Origin: Paenibacillus xylanexedens
GTDB lineage: Bacteria > Bacillota > Bacilli > Paenibacillales > Paenibacillaceae
Assembly (NCBI RefSeq): GCF_017874615.1
Contig: NZ_JAGIKV010000015.1
Span: 63,890 to 87,889, forward strand
DNA length: 24,000 nt
Direction: 5' to 3'
How positions within the stretch are numbered: position 1 is the stretch's first letter; each line of letters opens with the position of its first letter. The notes under the pieces are model-generated. The model made no database searches and was not told where the DNA came from. It worked only from the letters and a program-made list of their open reading frames with translations. Both the position numbers and the translations under genes were made by a program. Positions 15,600 through 24,000 of this stretch are shown one piece after another.

Positions 15600-16661
15600 T
15601 TAGCCCAGCTTTTGACCACAATTCGGACAGAAGTTGGCTCCTTCATTTTTGGCTCCACAGTTCGGGCAGAAGTTTGGCTTCTTGTTGCCTTCTGTAGATG
15701 AAGAGTTACCTGAATCACCGTTGCTATTTCCCGCTGGTTTCTGATCGTTATTCTGATTCTGAGACGAATTGGAATTGTTGTTCTGATTCTGGCCTTGGCC
15801 TTGATTCTGGTTCATGTTTTTCATCATTTCATTGGCCATGTTCATGCCCATCATCATGCCCGCCATATCCGAAGCTGCGCCGCCGCCTTGTACTTTACCG
15901 GATGCGATGCCGTCTGTCATGCTGACCTGCTGATACTTTTGCAGATTACCAACCATCTCATGCGAAGCGGTCTTTGTAATCATATCCTGAATCTCTTTTG
16001 GATAATTGAAGCTCATCACCTGAAAACCGGTAATCCCAATCCCGATGTCCATCATCTGCATATCCAGATCTTCCTGAATACCTTTGGCAATATCCGATGC
16101 ATTGGCCTGCAGGTTGAACATATCCTTCCCTTCACGGCTAATCCACTTCATTAGAAGCTGATCCAGCACGGAAGTGATACGGATTTTGACATCCTCCACC
16201 AGATAACTTTGTTTGATGCCTGCAATCTTATCAATCAGGGTCACATAGTCACTTACTTTAAAATTAAATGTGCCGTTGGCCCGAATCGGCATCCCGCCGG
16301 GGAGTTGTGGTGTTGGAATCAACACCGGACTTTGTGTGCCCCACCGCACGGTGAACTCTTTTGTATTTACAAACAAGACTTCGACCCGCATGCCGCTGTT
16401 GAATCCAAATTTGAATCCTTTTAATGTAGAAAGAAACGGAATGATCTCGGAATCAATATTGAACGATCCTTCGTCCTCGAAAATGCCTTCCACTTTACCG
16501 TTATTCAAGAAAATGGCGTCCTGACCGGAACGGATGATCAGTTTACTCCCCTTCTTGATCTCTCGGTTGCTCCACTTCCAAAATATCATGTCATCTCTGA
16601 ACTCTTCCCATTCCACCACATTCGAAAATTGATTTCTGAAAAATCCCATACTAATTCCCAT
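15600..16661 (-). CDS. ydjI: SPFH domain/zinc-ribbon protein, YdjI-like
   Basis: 353-aa ORF; QFSNVVEWEEFRDDMIFWKWSNREIKKGSKLIIRSGQDAIFLNNGKVEGIFEDEG; C-terminal zinc ribbon NFCPNCGAKNEGANFCPNCGQKLG. Alternative start at 16649 with a better SD. Confidence 0.85.
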   Translation of the reverse strand: MGISMGFFRNQFSNVVEWEEFRDDMIFWKWSNREIKKGSKLIIRSGQDAIFLNNGKVEGIFEDEGSFNIDSEIIPFLSTLKGFKFGFNSGMRVEVLFVNTKEFTVRWGTQSPVLIPTPQLPGGMPIRANGTFNFKVSDYVTLIDKIAGIKQSYLVEDVKIRITSVLDQLLMKWISREGKDMFNLQANASDIAKGIQEDLDMQMMDIGIGITGFQVMSFNYPKEIQDMITKTASHEMVGNLQKYQQVSMTDGIASGKVQGGGAASDMAGMMMGMNMANEMMKNMNQNQGQGQNQNNNSNSSQNQNNDQKPAGNSNGDSGNSSSTEGNKKPNFCPNCGAKNEGANFCPNCGQKLG

Positions 16662-16726
16662 CCCTTCTATTAGTAAGCATTGTGTGTCATCATGCCTGCG
16701 TTAAGTTATTGCGAGTGTCCGTGATG

Positions 16727-17527
16727 CTAGAAAGATCGGCTGCTACCGCTATGGGAATGGCCACCTCGGGTGGTTCCTCCACCGCCGCCTCCGCCACCGT
16801 TATTATTGTTCTTCTCAATCTTGCGTTTGGTGACCGTTGTACGAATGTACCGATCCTGACGATCAATTACACTGGAATTACTGGAATCCTCATACGTTGC
16901 ACGATTTACAGTAACTCGCCCGCCAGAACGATGGGTCATTACACCAACTACAATTCCTCCGATTGCCACGGATACAGCAAGTTGAAACCACGTCTTAAAG
17001 AGGATATTATCCGGGTTTACCCCGGGCTTAAGATCCATATATTCGTAGGAGAGCTCCAAATATTTTTCAAAAGCCAATCTATAATTTCCATCCGATACAT
17101 CTGGGGCAATTTTGGCCGTAATTTTATCGGCTCTGCCATTATCGATGTACTCTTCCCCTTTGTAAAAACCAGCCAGATACATCTTCCGATTGTACATGTC
17201 TATTGTAAGAATAACTGCGTTTCCATGCGTTTTATCGTAACCAAATCCCTGATCGTCATAAAAGTCTTCGGTAAGCAGTTTTTCACTTTTATGCTCCTCA
17301 TTATTGGAGGTATAGATTACAAAGTCCGTCTGCCGTTCCGCGCCATACTGACTTGCAAGTACATTCAGTTCACTTATCTCCTGCTCACTCAGCAGGTTGG
17401 CCTCATCGTAGATGAGATTTTTGTTCTCCGCTGCGGATGCCGATGACATGGGAATCAACGGAGCGACAAGGGTGATCATAAGTAAAATGAGCGTAGCCAT
17501 CACGGCCAGAGGGGTTCTTTTTCTCAT
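16727..17527 (-). CDS. ydjH: TPM domain membrane protein, YdjH-like
   Basis: ORF track starts at 17602, but start MRKRTPLAVMATLILLMITLVAPL at 17527 gives a signal peptide and a 4-bp overlap with the upstream stop; NKNLIYDEANLLSEQEISELNVLASQYGAERQTDFVIYTS; C-terminal GGGGGGGGTTRGGHSHSGSSRSF. Confidence 0.8.
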   Translation of the reverse strand: MRKRTPLAVMATLILLMITLVAPLIPMSSASAAENKNLIYDEANLLSEQEISELNVLASQYGAERQTDFVIYTSNNEEHKSEKLLTEDFYDDQGFGYDKTHGNAVILTIDMYNRKMYLAGFYKGEEYIDNGRADKITAKIAPDVSDGNYRLAFEKYLELSYEYMDLKPGVNPDNILFKTWFQLAVSVAIGGIVVGVMTHRSGGRVTVNRATYEDSSNSSVIDRQDRYIRTTVTKRKIEKNNNNGGGGGGGGTTRGGHSHSGSSRSF

Positions 17528-18555
17528 AAGAATCCACCTCCCATCATCCAGGAAACCAGCTTCAGTGACAACAACGAGACCGCAGAGACTCCTGCGAACC
17601 ATCCTGCCACTTTAGCTTTGCTGATCGGTGGTTTGCCGACCACTTTTCCTGTCTGACCATTCATGGCAAAGGTATACTGTGCCCGATTGTAGTCATAGTT
17701 GACCATCCACACCGGGAGCAGCACATAGTCTGCATTTTTGAGCGTAGTATCAATCTGTTTGTCCGTGTAGCTCACGCTGGTATATCCGGATACAGTTGAG
17801 GCAATATAAGAATCAATGTACGATCTCGTTTTATCCTTGGCCCGTGGAAAAAGTTCCTCGTCCGTATAACTGTATTTTTCCGCAATGTACCCCGCCAGAT
17901 ACGGGGTCTTGAACAATTTCAGTTGATTATATGGAAAAGGCTCAAGCTTATCCATCAGTTCATCCTTCATTTTCTCCGATGCATCGATGGGCAGGTTCAC
18001 GTAATTCAGCCGAATCCGGCGGTATATATCGAAGTGCTGTGTTTCCGTGTAATGGTAGTCGCCCTGGGTGTAGGATCTGACCTTGGTGCCACGACCATGC
18101 ACTTCGATTTTGTTATGTAACTCGTACAACCAGAACGGCACGTACATGCCGGTAATGCTCTGAATCCGATCGGCGGACATGAAGCCACTTGGCGTTAACA
18201 GGCCATTTCTGCACCACTTTTTGAAAGCCTGCTTGGCTTGATCCTTGTTGATCGAAAAGGGAATCACCATCGCAGGGGCCAGATTGCCCGTCAGCCGATC
18301 ACTGAGTACAACCGCTGCACCGCAGAAACTGCACGTCGTCGCACTGGTCTCCGGCTCCGTGACAATGTCAGCTCCGCAGCTGTTACAGTGGTATTCCTTG
18401 ACCTCATTCTCCGTGAACACTTGTCTCTTCAAGGGATCGGGGATCTGCTCTATGTTGTCCTGGCGGCCGCAGCTGGGACAGGATAATGCACCTGACACAC
18501 TGTCAAAGATCATGCCACTGCCGCAATTTGGACATTTATATTCAATAACCGGCAT
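17524..18555 (-). CDS. ydjG: TFIIB-type zinc ribbon protein, YdjG-like
   Basis: 343-aa ORF; EYKCPNCGSGMIFDSVSGALSCPSCGRQD, YHCNSCGADIVTEPETSATTCSFCGAAVVL, C-terminal TM segment. Confidence 0.88.
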   Translation of the reverse strand: MPVIEYKCPNCGSGMIFDSVSGALSCPSCGRQDNIEQIPDPLKRQVFTENEVKEYHCNSCGADIVTEPETSATTCSFCGAAVVLSDRLTGNLAPAMVIPFSINKDQAKQAFKKWCRNGLLTPSGFMSADRIQSITGMYVPFWLYELHNKIEVHGRGTKVRSYTQGDYHYTETQHFDIYRRIRLNYVNLPIDASEKMKDELMDKLEPFPYNQLKLFKTPYLAGYIAEKYSYTDEELFPRAKDKTRSYIDSYIASTVSGYTSVSYTDKQIDTTLKNADYVLLPVWMVNYDYNRAQYTFAMNGQTGKVVGKPPISKAKVAGWFAGVSAVSLLSLKLVSWMMGGGFL

Positions 18556-18620
18556 CTGCTCACCTCAATGTTAACGAAATATGATTCTAATTGACACTGT
18601 ATAACTTCGCTGGCAAAACA

Positions 18621-18647
18621 ACCTTCCGATCGCTCTTAAGGGCGAAG
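18621..18647. repeat. Minimal or deleted copy of the dispersed intergenic element
   Basis: CTTCCGATCGCTCTTAAGGGCGAAG shares the head (CTTCCGATCGCTCTTA) and stem base (AAGGGCG) with copies 1 and 2. Confidence 0.45.
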
Positions 18648-18739
18648 TGTTTGCTTCCGATGCAGCTTTCTTTCAGAAAGCTTTTAGCTCCGCTTCTTCA
18701 GCTCATTTCTGCCTCTACGTTGTAGTCTATATGTTAAAC

Positions 18740-19441
18740 TCACTTCTTCAGCTTTTCCTGAATCGCTGCGAGTTCTTCCTCCGCACTTGGCGACGCATTC
18801 TCATTATTACCCGCATCTGAGTTCATGTCCCTCTCCAACTGGGCGATTAATTCGTCCAAATCATCTTCCTGTGTCCCAGCACGAAGTTCTGCCAAAGCCT
18901 CTGCTTCGTTCAGCGCCTGATTCGCCTTATCTTCCATGGCCTTCAATGCAGCATCAGCTCTGCCCGTAGATGTATTCCGTTCATTGGCCTGTTGTTGCGC
19001 CTTCGCATCTGCGATGCGACCTTTCAGTTCTGCATGCCGCGCCTCCAATTGCCCTAGATCTGCAACCAGTTTATCGTTCATATGCTTCATCATCTTGGCT
19101 TTGGCGGAAGCACGTTCATAGGCGGCTTGTAATTCATTCAATTTGTCAGTCAGCTTCACTTTCTTCTCCAGAAAACCACGTGCCTTGTCTTCGTCTCCCG
19201 ACTCCGCTGATTTTTCCGCATACCGCTGTAACTTCTTGACCTCGGCGCTGCACTCATCCAATGCTCGCTTCGCCCGGCTCTCATCCGACAGCACCGCTGT
19301 CGTTTCAGCCTTCACCTGACCCAGATCACTGCTCAGGCTGCGCATATATTCATTCACACTTTTCTCCGGGTCTTCCGCCCGAGACAACATGTGGTTCACA
19401 TTGGCCTTCATCACGTCTCTAAACCTCGATAAGATTCCCAT
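18740..19441 (-). CDS. pspA: Phage shock protein A / IM30 family (YdjF-like)
   Basis: MGILSRFRDVMKANVNHMLSRAEDPEKSVNEYMRSLSSDLGQVKAETTAVLSDE; SD GGAGGAGG before ATG at 19441; the track start at 19618 is upstream of the likely true start. Confidence 0.93.
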   Translation of the reverse strand: MGILSRFRDVMKANVNHMLSRAEDPEKSVNEYMRSLSSDLGQVKAETTAVLSDESRAKRALDECSAEVKKLQRYAEKSAESGDEDKARGFLEKKVKLTDKLNELQAAYERASAKAKMMKHMNDKLVADLGQLEARHAELKGRIADAKAQQQANERNTSTGRADAALKAMEDKANQALNEAEALAELRAGTQEDDLDELIAQLERDMNSDAGNNENASPSAEEELAAIQEKLKK

Positions 19442-19669
19442 TACTTGTTCCTCCTCCGAAAAGTTCATATGTATACTATAATACATGAATACGCCCACAT
19501 ACGTTTCACATTTCACGATGGCAAGTGGAGTTACTACGATCCAAAGTCGGGTAATGATGGAGTATAAAAGAAAAGACGAACACCTATAGTGTCGCCTTAT
19601 GACCTTGTATAAACACACAAAAACTCAAGTACTAATCCTTTCTCGCAATCCACAAATCCCTACCTAAAT

Positions 19670-19903
19670 CTATGGCTCGACCGGAAGGCTCTCCACCGCT
19701 GTGAAAAACACATCCAATAATTCAACGTTATACGTTTTATGGACGTATTCGGTTATTAACGCCACATCCGCTTCCCTCTGATACTCAAGACATGGACGGC
19801 CTTCACTCCACAGCACCCTGCACGGGAACTTCCCGACAACATCCTTAATGATGTGATCCGGCTCAGCTACTTTATGAATGTCTCCCATATGAAATTTCCT
19901 CAT
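19670..19903 (-). CDS. Conserved hypothetical small protein
   Basis: 77-aa ORF MRKFHMGDIHKVAEPDHIIKDVVGKFPCRVLWSEGRPCLEYQREADVALITEYVHKTYNVELLDVF. Confidence 0.5.
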   Translation of the reverse strand: MRKFHMGDIHKVAEPDHIIKDVVGKFPCRVLWSEGRPCLEYQREADVALITEYVHKTYNVELLDVFFTAVESLPVEP

Positions 19904-20116
19904 TTCTCTATACTTATCGTGTGCAATTATGCATTAATTTTGAAATACATAACGATTCGATTCAGTGCATTTCATCACATTCCACTCGGAGAGTTATGAA
20001 GGCATAACACACAGGCATTTTGCAGACACAACAGGGCTGGTTCCCCCATAGGTGCCATTCCTTCGCAAGTTGGCTATAATAAGGGGATCAAAGTTTTCTA
20101 TAAAGGCAGGAAAAAT

Positions 20117-21799
20117 ATGCGTACACGAGTTCACTTTATTGCTCCCTACGAATCGATGATTCCTATTATACAAGAGTGCATTCCTCGCTTTCCCCAGTTA
20201 ACCATTCAGACGGACGTGGGCGACTTGGCGAACGGTGTGGAATTAGCAACTCAAGCTGAGAAAAACGGTGCAGAGATTATCATCAGCCGCGGCGGAACCG
20301 CCCAACTCATTAAAAAAGCAGTGACCATTCCCGTCATTGATGTGCAGTTATCGGGCTATGATATGATTCGTTCACTTACACTGGCAAGCCAGTTTAACGG
20401 CCAAACAGCCATTGTTGGCTTCTCCAACATCACCTCTGGTGCACAATCGATTATTGATCTGATGGATCTGCCCCTCAAGGTCTATACCATACATAGCTCG
20501 GAAGATGTCGCCCGATTACTTTTGGAGTTGAAAGCTTCCGGGTACCGACAGATTGTCGGAGATGTGATCACCGTCAACACCGCGAAGACCTATGGTCTGG
20601 AGGGATTGTTAATCCAATCTGGCCAGGAATCCATCCTTAGAGCGATGGAGGATGCACAGTTGGTCTACCGTTATTTGAGCAAAAATCATGCGATATCGAT
20701 CATCCTGAATGACCTGGTTACACGGGAACATCCCAATTTGCTTATTTTAAATGAACGGAATGAAGTTGTATTTGAGAACCTGACCGATTTTGAGAAAAAT
20801 CCGCTGACCGATAATTACATATATCTGACCAACACCAGCCTGGATTTCCATCAATCCCAGATCCAAAATGTGTTCATGGTGGACGATTACCAGCTCACGG
20901 TTAACGCCTATGAAACGACCCTGGACAACAAGAACTACAAGGTATATATGCTGGAAAAAGGACAACCCTATGCCTTTGTACAATTCGGCATAACAACGTT
21001 TACGGACGCATCGATGGAGCCTATCGTTGCCGAATCCCCTGCCATGCAGGCGGTATTACAGAACATTCAGGCACTCTACGAGAATCATGAACCGATCTAT
21101 CTGCGGGGTGAAGCAGATTCCGGTAAATCTTTTCTGGTCAAACATATTCATCAGATGTACTCAGGTGGCGGACTCTTATTACAGATGGATCTCTCGCAAG
21201 TTCCGCCCGGTCATTTGCACAAGATACCACTCGCCAAGGTTAGAAATGTAGAGATTAACCACATGGAAACACGTATGGAAGATCCGGAGTTGCTCGCCTT
21301 TATCCAGAGCTGCCTTCAAAACCAGATTGGGGTGTTTATACTCGGGGAACAGATAATGAACCCGCAGTGGTCACTTGATCTGGAGCTTAATACAATCATG
21401 ATGCCAAATCTTGCGGATAGACCAGAGGATCTGGCTCCACTGATGCAGCATTTCCTGACGGATTACTACCACAAATACGGAACTACTGCGGTGAGAATCA
21501 AAGAAGATGCTCTACAGCTGATCCAAGATCAGATCACACATATGAATGTCAACCAGCTGAAACAGCTGATCAAGCAGGCTGCACTCAACGAACAAGATTA
21601 TGTAATCACCACGGCTACCTTGTCCCGCTTGCTGGATCAGCAACCTTCTTCAAGCCCAATGAAGTTGGATGGTACGCTGAAGGAGATTGAGAAAGAAGTT
21701 ATTCAGTTCGTGCTTCAGGAGGAAAATAATAATCAATCAAAGGCCGCAGAGCGTCTGGGGATTAACCGGGCCACATTATGGCGTAAACTTAAAGATTAA
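20117..21799 (+). CDS. PrpR-N domain regulator with degenerate AAA+ region and Fis-type HTH
   Basis: 560-aa ORF; N-terminal FIAPYESMIPIIQECI...NGAEIIISRGGTAQLIKKAVTIPVIDVQLSGYDMIRSL; GEADSGKSFLVKHIHQM; C-terminal NNNQSKAAERLGINRATLWRKLKD. Confidence 0.88.
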   Translation: MRTRVHFIAPYESMIPIIQECIPRFPQLTIQTDVGDLANGVELATQAEKNGAEIIISRGGTAQLIKKAVTIPVIDVQLSGYDMIRSLTLASQFNGQTAIVGFSNITSGAQSIIDLMDLPLKVYTIHSSEDVARLLLELKASGYRQIVGDVITVNTAKTYGLEGLLIQSGQESILRAMEDAQLVYRYLSKNHAISIILNDLVTREHPNLLILNERNEVVFENLTDFEKNPLTDNYIYLTNTSLDFHQSQIQNVFMVDDYQLTVNAYETTLDNKNYKVYMLEKGQPYAFVQFGITTFTDASMEPIVAESPAMQAVLQNIQALYENHEPIYLRGEADSGKSFLVKHIHQMYSGGGLLLQMDLSQVPPGHLHKIPLAKVRNVEINHMETRMEDPELLAFIQSCLQNQIGVFILGEQIMNPQWSLDLELNTIMMPNLADRPEDLAPLMQHFLTDYYHKYGTTAVRIKEDALQLIQDQITHMNVNQLKQLIKQAALNEQDYVITTATLSRLLDQQPSSSPMKLDGTLKEIEKEVIQFVLQEENNNQSKAAERLGINRATLWRKLKD

Positions 21800-21965
21800 C
21801 TTTAAGTTTGCGTCTTTTTTATCGCCTTTATATGTTGCATTTTTAAACAGTTAACCGAGTTCTTAAAATTTACAATAATTTATTGTTGCTATATTAAACG
21901 ATATGGGATAATATAATCCCTGCAAGCGCTTCATAAAAACGATTACTTCATAAGGAGCTACTACT

Positions 21966-22952
21966 ATGAACATTAAAGCAACTTTAGATCGCATCCCTGG
22001 CGGTATGATGGTCGTTCCCCTGTTACTTGGTGCAACCATCAATACATTCTTCCCGAATGCCCTGCGCATTGGCGGATTCACGGAAGCACTTTTTGTCAAC
22101 AGTGCCAGCACGTTGATTGCCCTGTTCCTGTTCATTGCGGGTACACAGATTACGTTTAAAACAGCAGGTTCCTCTGTCGGCAAAGGTTTGACCTTGCTCA
22201 CGTTCAAATGGGTGATTGGTGCAGCCCTTGGTTTTATCGCTATTTTGTTCGCGGATTCAAATGGGTTATTTCTCGGCCTGGCCCCGCTTGCCATTATTGC
22301 TGCAATGACTAACTCCAACGGTGGTTTGTACATTGCTCTCGCCGGCCAATACGGGAAAGAAGATGACAAAGCAGCCTACCCTTTCCTAGCACTCAGTGAT
22401 GGTCCTTTCCTGACCATGGTAGCGCTCTCCGTCTTTGGTGCGATGGGTTTTGCGAACGGTATGTTTTCCCCAATGGCCTTTGTCGCGGTATTGCTTCCGC
22501 TTATCGTTGGTGTCATTATTGGTAATCTGGACCGCAATCTGGGGGAATGGCTGCATAAAGGCAGTGACAAACTTGTTCCGTTCTTTGCATTTGCTCTGGG
22601 TATGAACATTAGCTTCTCCTCCATCATTCAAGGTGGTCTTAGCGGAATTTTACTGGGTGTGTTAACCGTGTTATTAACGGGCGGAATCGGTTTCCTGCTC
22701 TTTAAAGCCATCGGCTGGAACCCCATCGTGGGTGCTTCCGAAGGTTCAACAGCCGGGAATGCCGTAGGTACACCTGCTGCCATCGTGGCTGCTAATGCTT
22801 CATTTGGCCCAATTGCCGAGATTGCTACGGTGCAAATTGCAGCGAGCGTTGTAACAACAGCCATCCTGTTGCCGATCTTCATCGGGTTCCTCTCCAAACG
22901 ACTGGAGAAATCAGGCGGAGTCGAGAAATACAATCAACGACCAACCACATAA
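21966..22952 (+). CDS. kdgT: 2-keto-3-deoxygluconate permease
   Basis: 328-aa ORF; MNIKATLDRIPGGMMVVPLLLGATINTFFPNALRIGGFTEALFVNSASTLIALFLFIAGTQI. Confidence 0.9.
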   Translation: MNIKATLDRIPGGMMVVPLLLGATINTFFPNALRIGGFTEALFVNSASTLIALFLFIAGTQITFKTAGSSVGKGLTLLTFKWVIGAALGFIAILFADSNGLFLGLAPLAIIAAMTNSNGGLYIALAGQYGKEDDKAAYPFLALSDGPFLTMVALSVFGAMGFANGMFSPMAFVAVLLPLIVGVIIGNLDRNLGEWLHKGSDKLVPFFAFALGMNISFSSIIQGGLSGILLGVLTVLLTGGIGFLLFKAIGWNPIVGASEGSTAGNAVGTPAAIVAANASFGPIAEIATVQIAASVVTTAILLPIFIGFLSKRLEKSGGVEKYNQRPTT

Positions 22953-23047
22953 ATGGGTATCACCTGATTTAATGTGATTGATCTGTGCTTAATGGATGAT
23001 CTGAACGGACTTTTTATTAAATTGTGCTTACAAGGAGGGATGACTGC

Positions 23048-24000
23048 ATGAAATTAGCCATTATTGCAGATGATTTGACCGGTGCCAATGACAGCGGGGT
23101 GCAGCTTGCCCGTCATGGCTTGAAGACCAGTGTTCTTTTTAATATAGATGAAGGCCCTCTTACACGTTACGATGCCGTCGTCTTTGATACAGATAGTCGT
23201 TCCATATCTTCGCAGGAAGCGTATGACCGTGTATATCAGGCTGCTGAATTGCTGACGAACAACGGATTTGAGACGATTTTCAAAAAAATGGACTCCACCA
23301 TGCGCGGTAATATCGGCATCGAGATTGATGCTGTATATGATGTCGTAAAGCCGGACTTTATGATGATTGCCCCGGGTTATCCCAAAAATAACCGGACGAT
23401 ATTGGAAGGAATCCACTACCTGAACGGCGTTCCGCTGGCAGATACTGAAATTGCCCATGATCCGAAGACACCTGTAACGATTTCCTACCTTCCGGACTTG
23501 TTGAAACAACAGACCAAGTACGAAGTTGGCGAAATCACCGTCGCCGATCTGGAAGCCGGGCAGAATCATATTCGCACCAAGCTAGAGCAGTTGAAAACAA
23601 ATAATATCCCGTATGTAATGGTGGACTCCACCGAAGAAAGACATCTGGAACTGATTCTGCAGATGACTCGCGAGTTGGAGTATACCTTTACTTGGGCAGG
23701 TTCGGCGGGCATTGCCAATTACCTCCCCGCACATTACGAGTTGGAATCCAGAGCTGCGTCACTTGATATCCCGGAGAATTCCGGTCCAATTCTAACGGTG
23801 GTTGGCAGCGTGAACAAAAACTCCCGCGAGCAGCTGCATCGCTTGATGCGTAAGTCCCGCGTTGCTTCAGTCTCCTTCCATTCCTTCAAAGCGGTATCCG
23901 CAACCGCAGACCGCGCGGAAGAGATGGAACGTGTCTATAACGAGGTCCGAGACAAAGCGCTGGAAGGACAAGATGTTGTCCTCTACTCCACCGCTGAACA
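23048..24000 (+). CDS. Four-carbon acid sugar kinase family (OtnK/DUF1537-like), truncated at window edge
   Basis: Open frame from ATG 23048, SD AAGGAGGG; MKLAIIADDLTGANDSGVQLARHGLKTSVLFN...DTDSRS...FKKMDSTMRGNIGIEIDAVYD, FTWAGSAGIANYLP. Confidence 0.92.
   Translation, partial: MKLAIIADDLTGANDSGVQLARHGLKTSVLFNIDEGPLTRYDAVVFDTDSRSISSQEAYDRVYQAAELLTNNGFETIFKKMDSTMRGNIGIEIDAVYDVVKPDFMMIAPGYPKNNRTILEGIHYLNGVPLADTEIAHDPKTPVTISYLPDLLKQQTKYEVGEITVADLEAGQNHIRTKLEQLKTNNIPYVMVDSTEERHLELILQMTRELEYTFTWAGSAGIANYLPAHYELESRAASLDIPENSGPILTVVGSVNKNSREQLHRLMRKSRVASVSFHSFKAVSATADRAEEMERVYNEVRDKALEGQDVVLYSTAE

Noticed and set aside
16682-17446. 254-aa plus-strand ORF
   Set aside because: Antisense shadow of the YdjH-like TPM gene.
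23054-23569. 171-aa minus-strand ORF
   Set aside because: Antisense to the clear OtnK-like kinase frame starting at 23048.

Overview
This window looks like Paenibacillus-type Firmicute chromosome. The first 11.5 kb is a minus-strand carbohydrate-utilisation block: a GH29 alpha-L-fucosidase fragment, a Gfo/Idh/MocA oxidoreductase, a sugar phosphate isomerase/epimerase, a GH35 beta-galactosidase, a second GH29 fucosidase, CutC, a small membrane protein, and a GH3 glycosidase with permuted domain order. Further along are an LtrA-family protein, a ring-cleaving VOC dioxygenase, a DUF896 protein, and a pspA-ydjG-ydjH-ydjI-like membrane-stress operon. The right end carries a plus-strand PrpR-N-type regulator, a 2-keto-3-deoxygluconate permease and an OtnK-like four-carbon acid sugar kinase (truncated). 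The most interesting locus is about 11.80-12.90 kb. A consensus-like promoter is followed by a roughly 270-nt non-coding segment holding two 120-nt-phased copies of an intricate RNA fold: hairpin A, hairpin B, an H-type pseudoknot, and a second pseudoknot between the hairpin B loop and the 3' tail. Differences between the copies are compensatory in several helices. An intrinsic terminator follows, then a 225-aa protein that by eye resembles the PBECR4 (Barnase/EndoU/ColicinE5-D/RelE-like) nuclease family, then a second strong terminator. The order promoter / repeated pseudoknot RNA / leaky terminator / putative RNase toxin is that of a type III toxin-antitoxin system, but the RNA repeat is larger and more complex than I know for ToxI, CptI or TenpI. 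The window also has a MITE-like element with 21-bp terminal inverted repeats, a dispersed structured intergenic element in three forms, a duplicated 169-nt non-coding unit and two MhqR-like operators. No database search or folding software was run; protein assignments are by recognition of sequence features.
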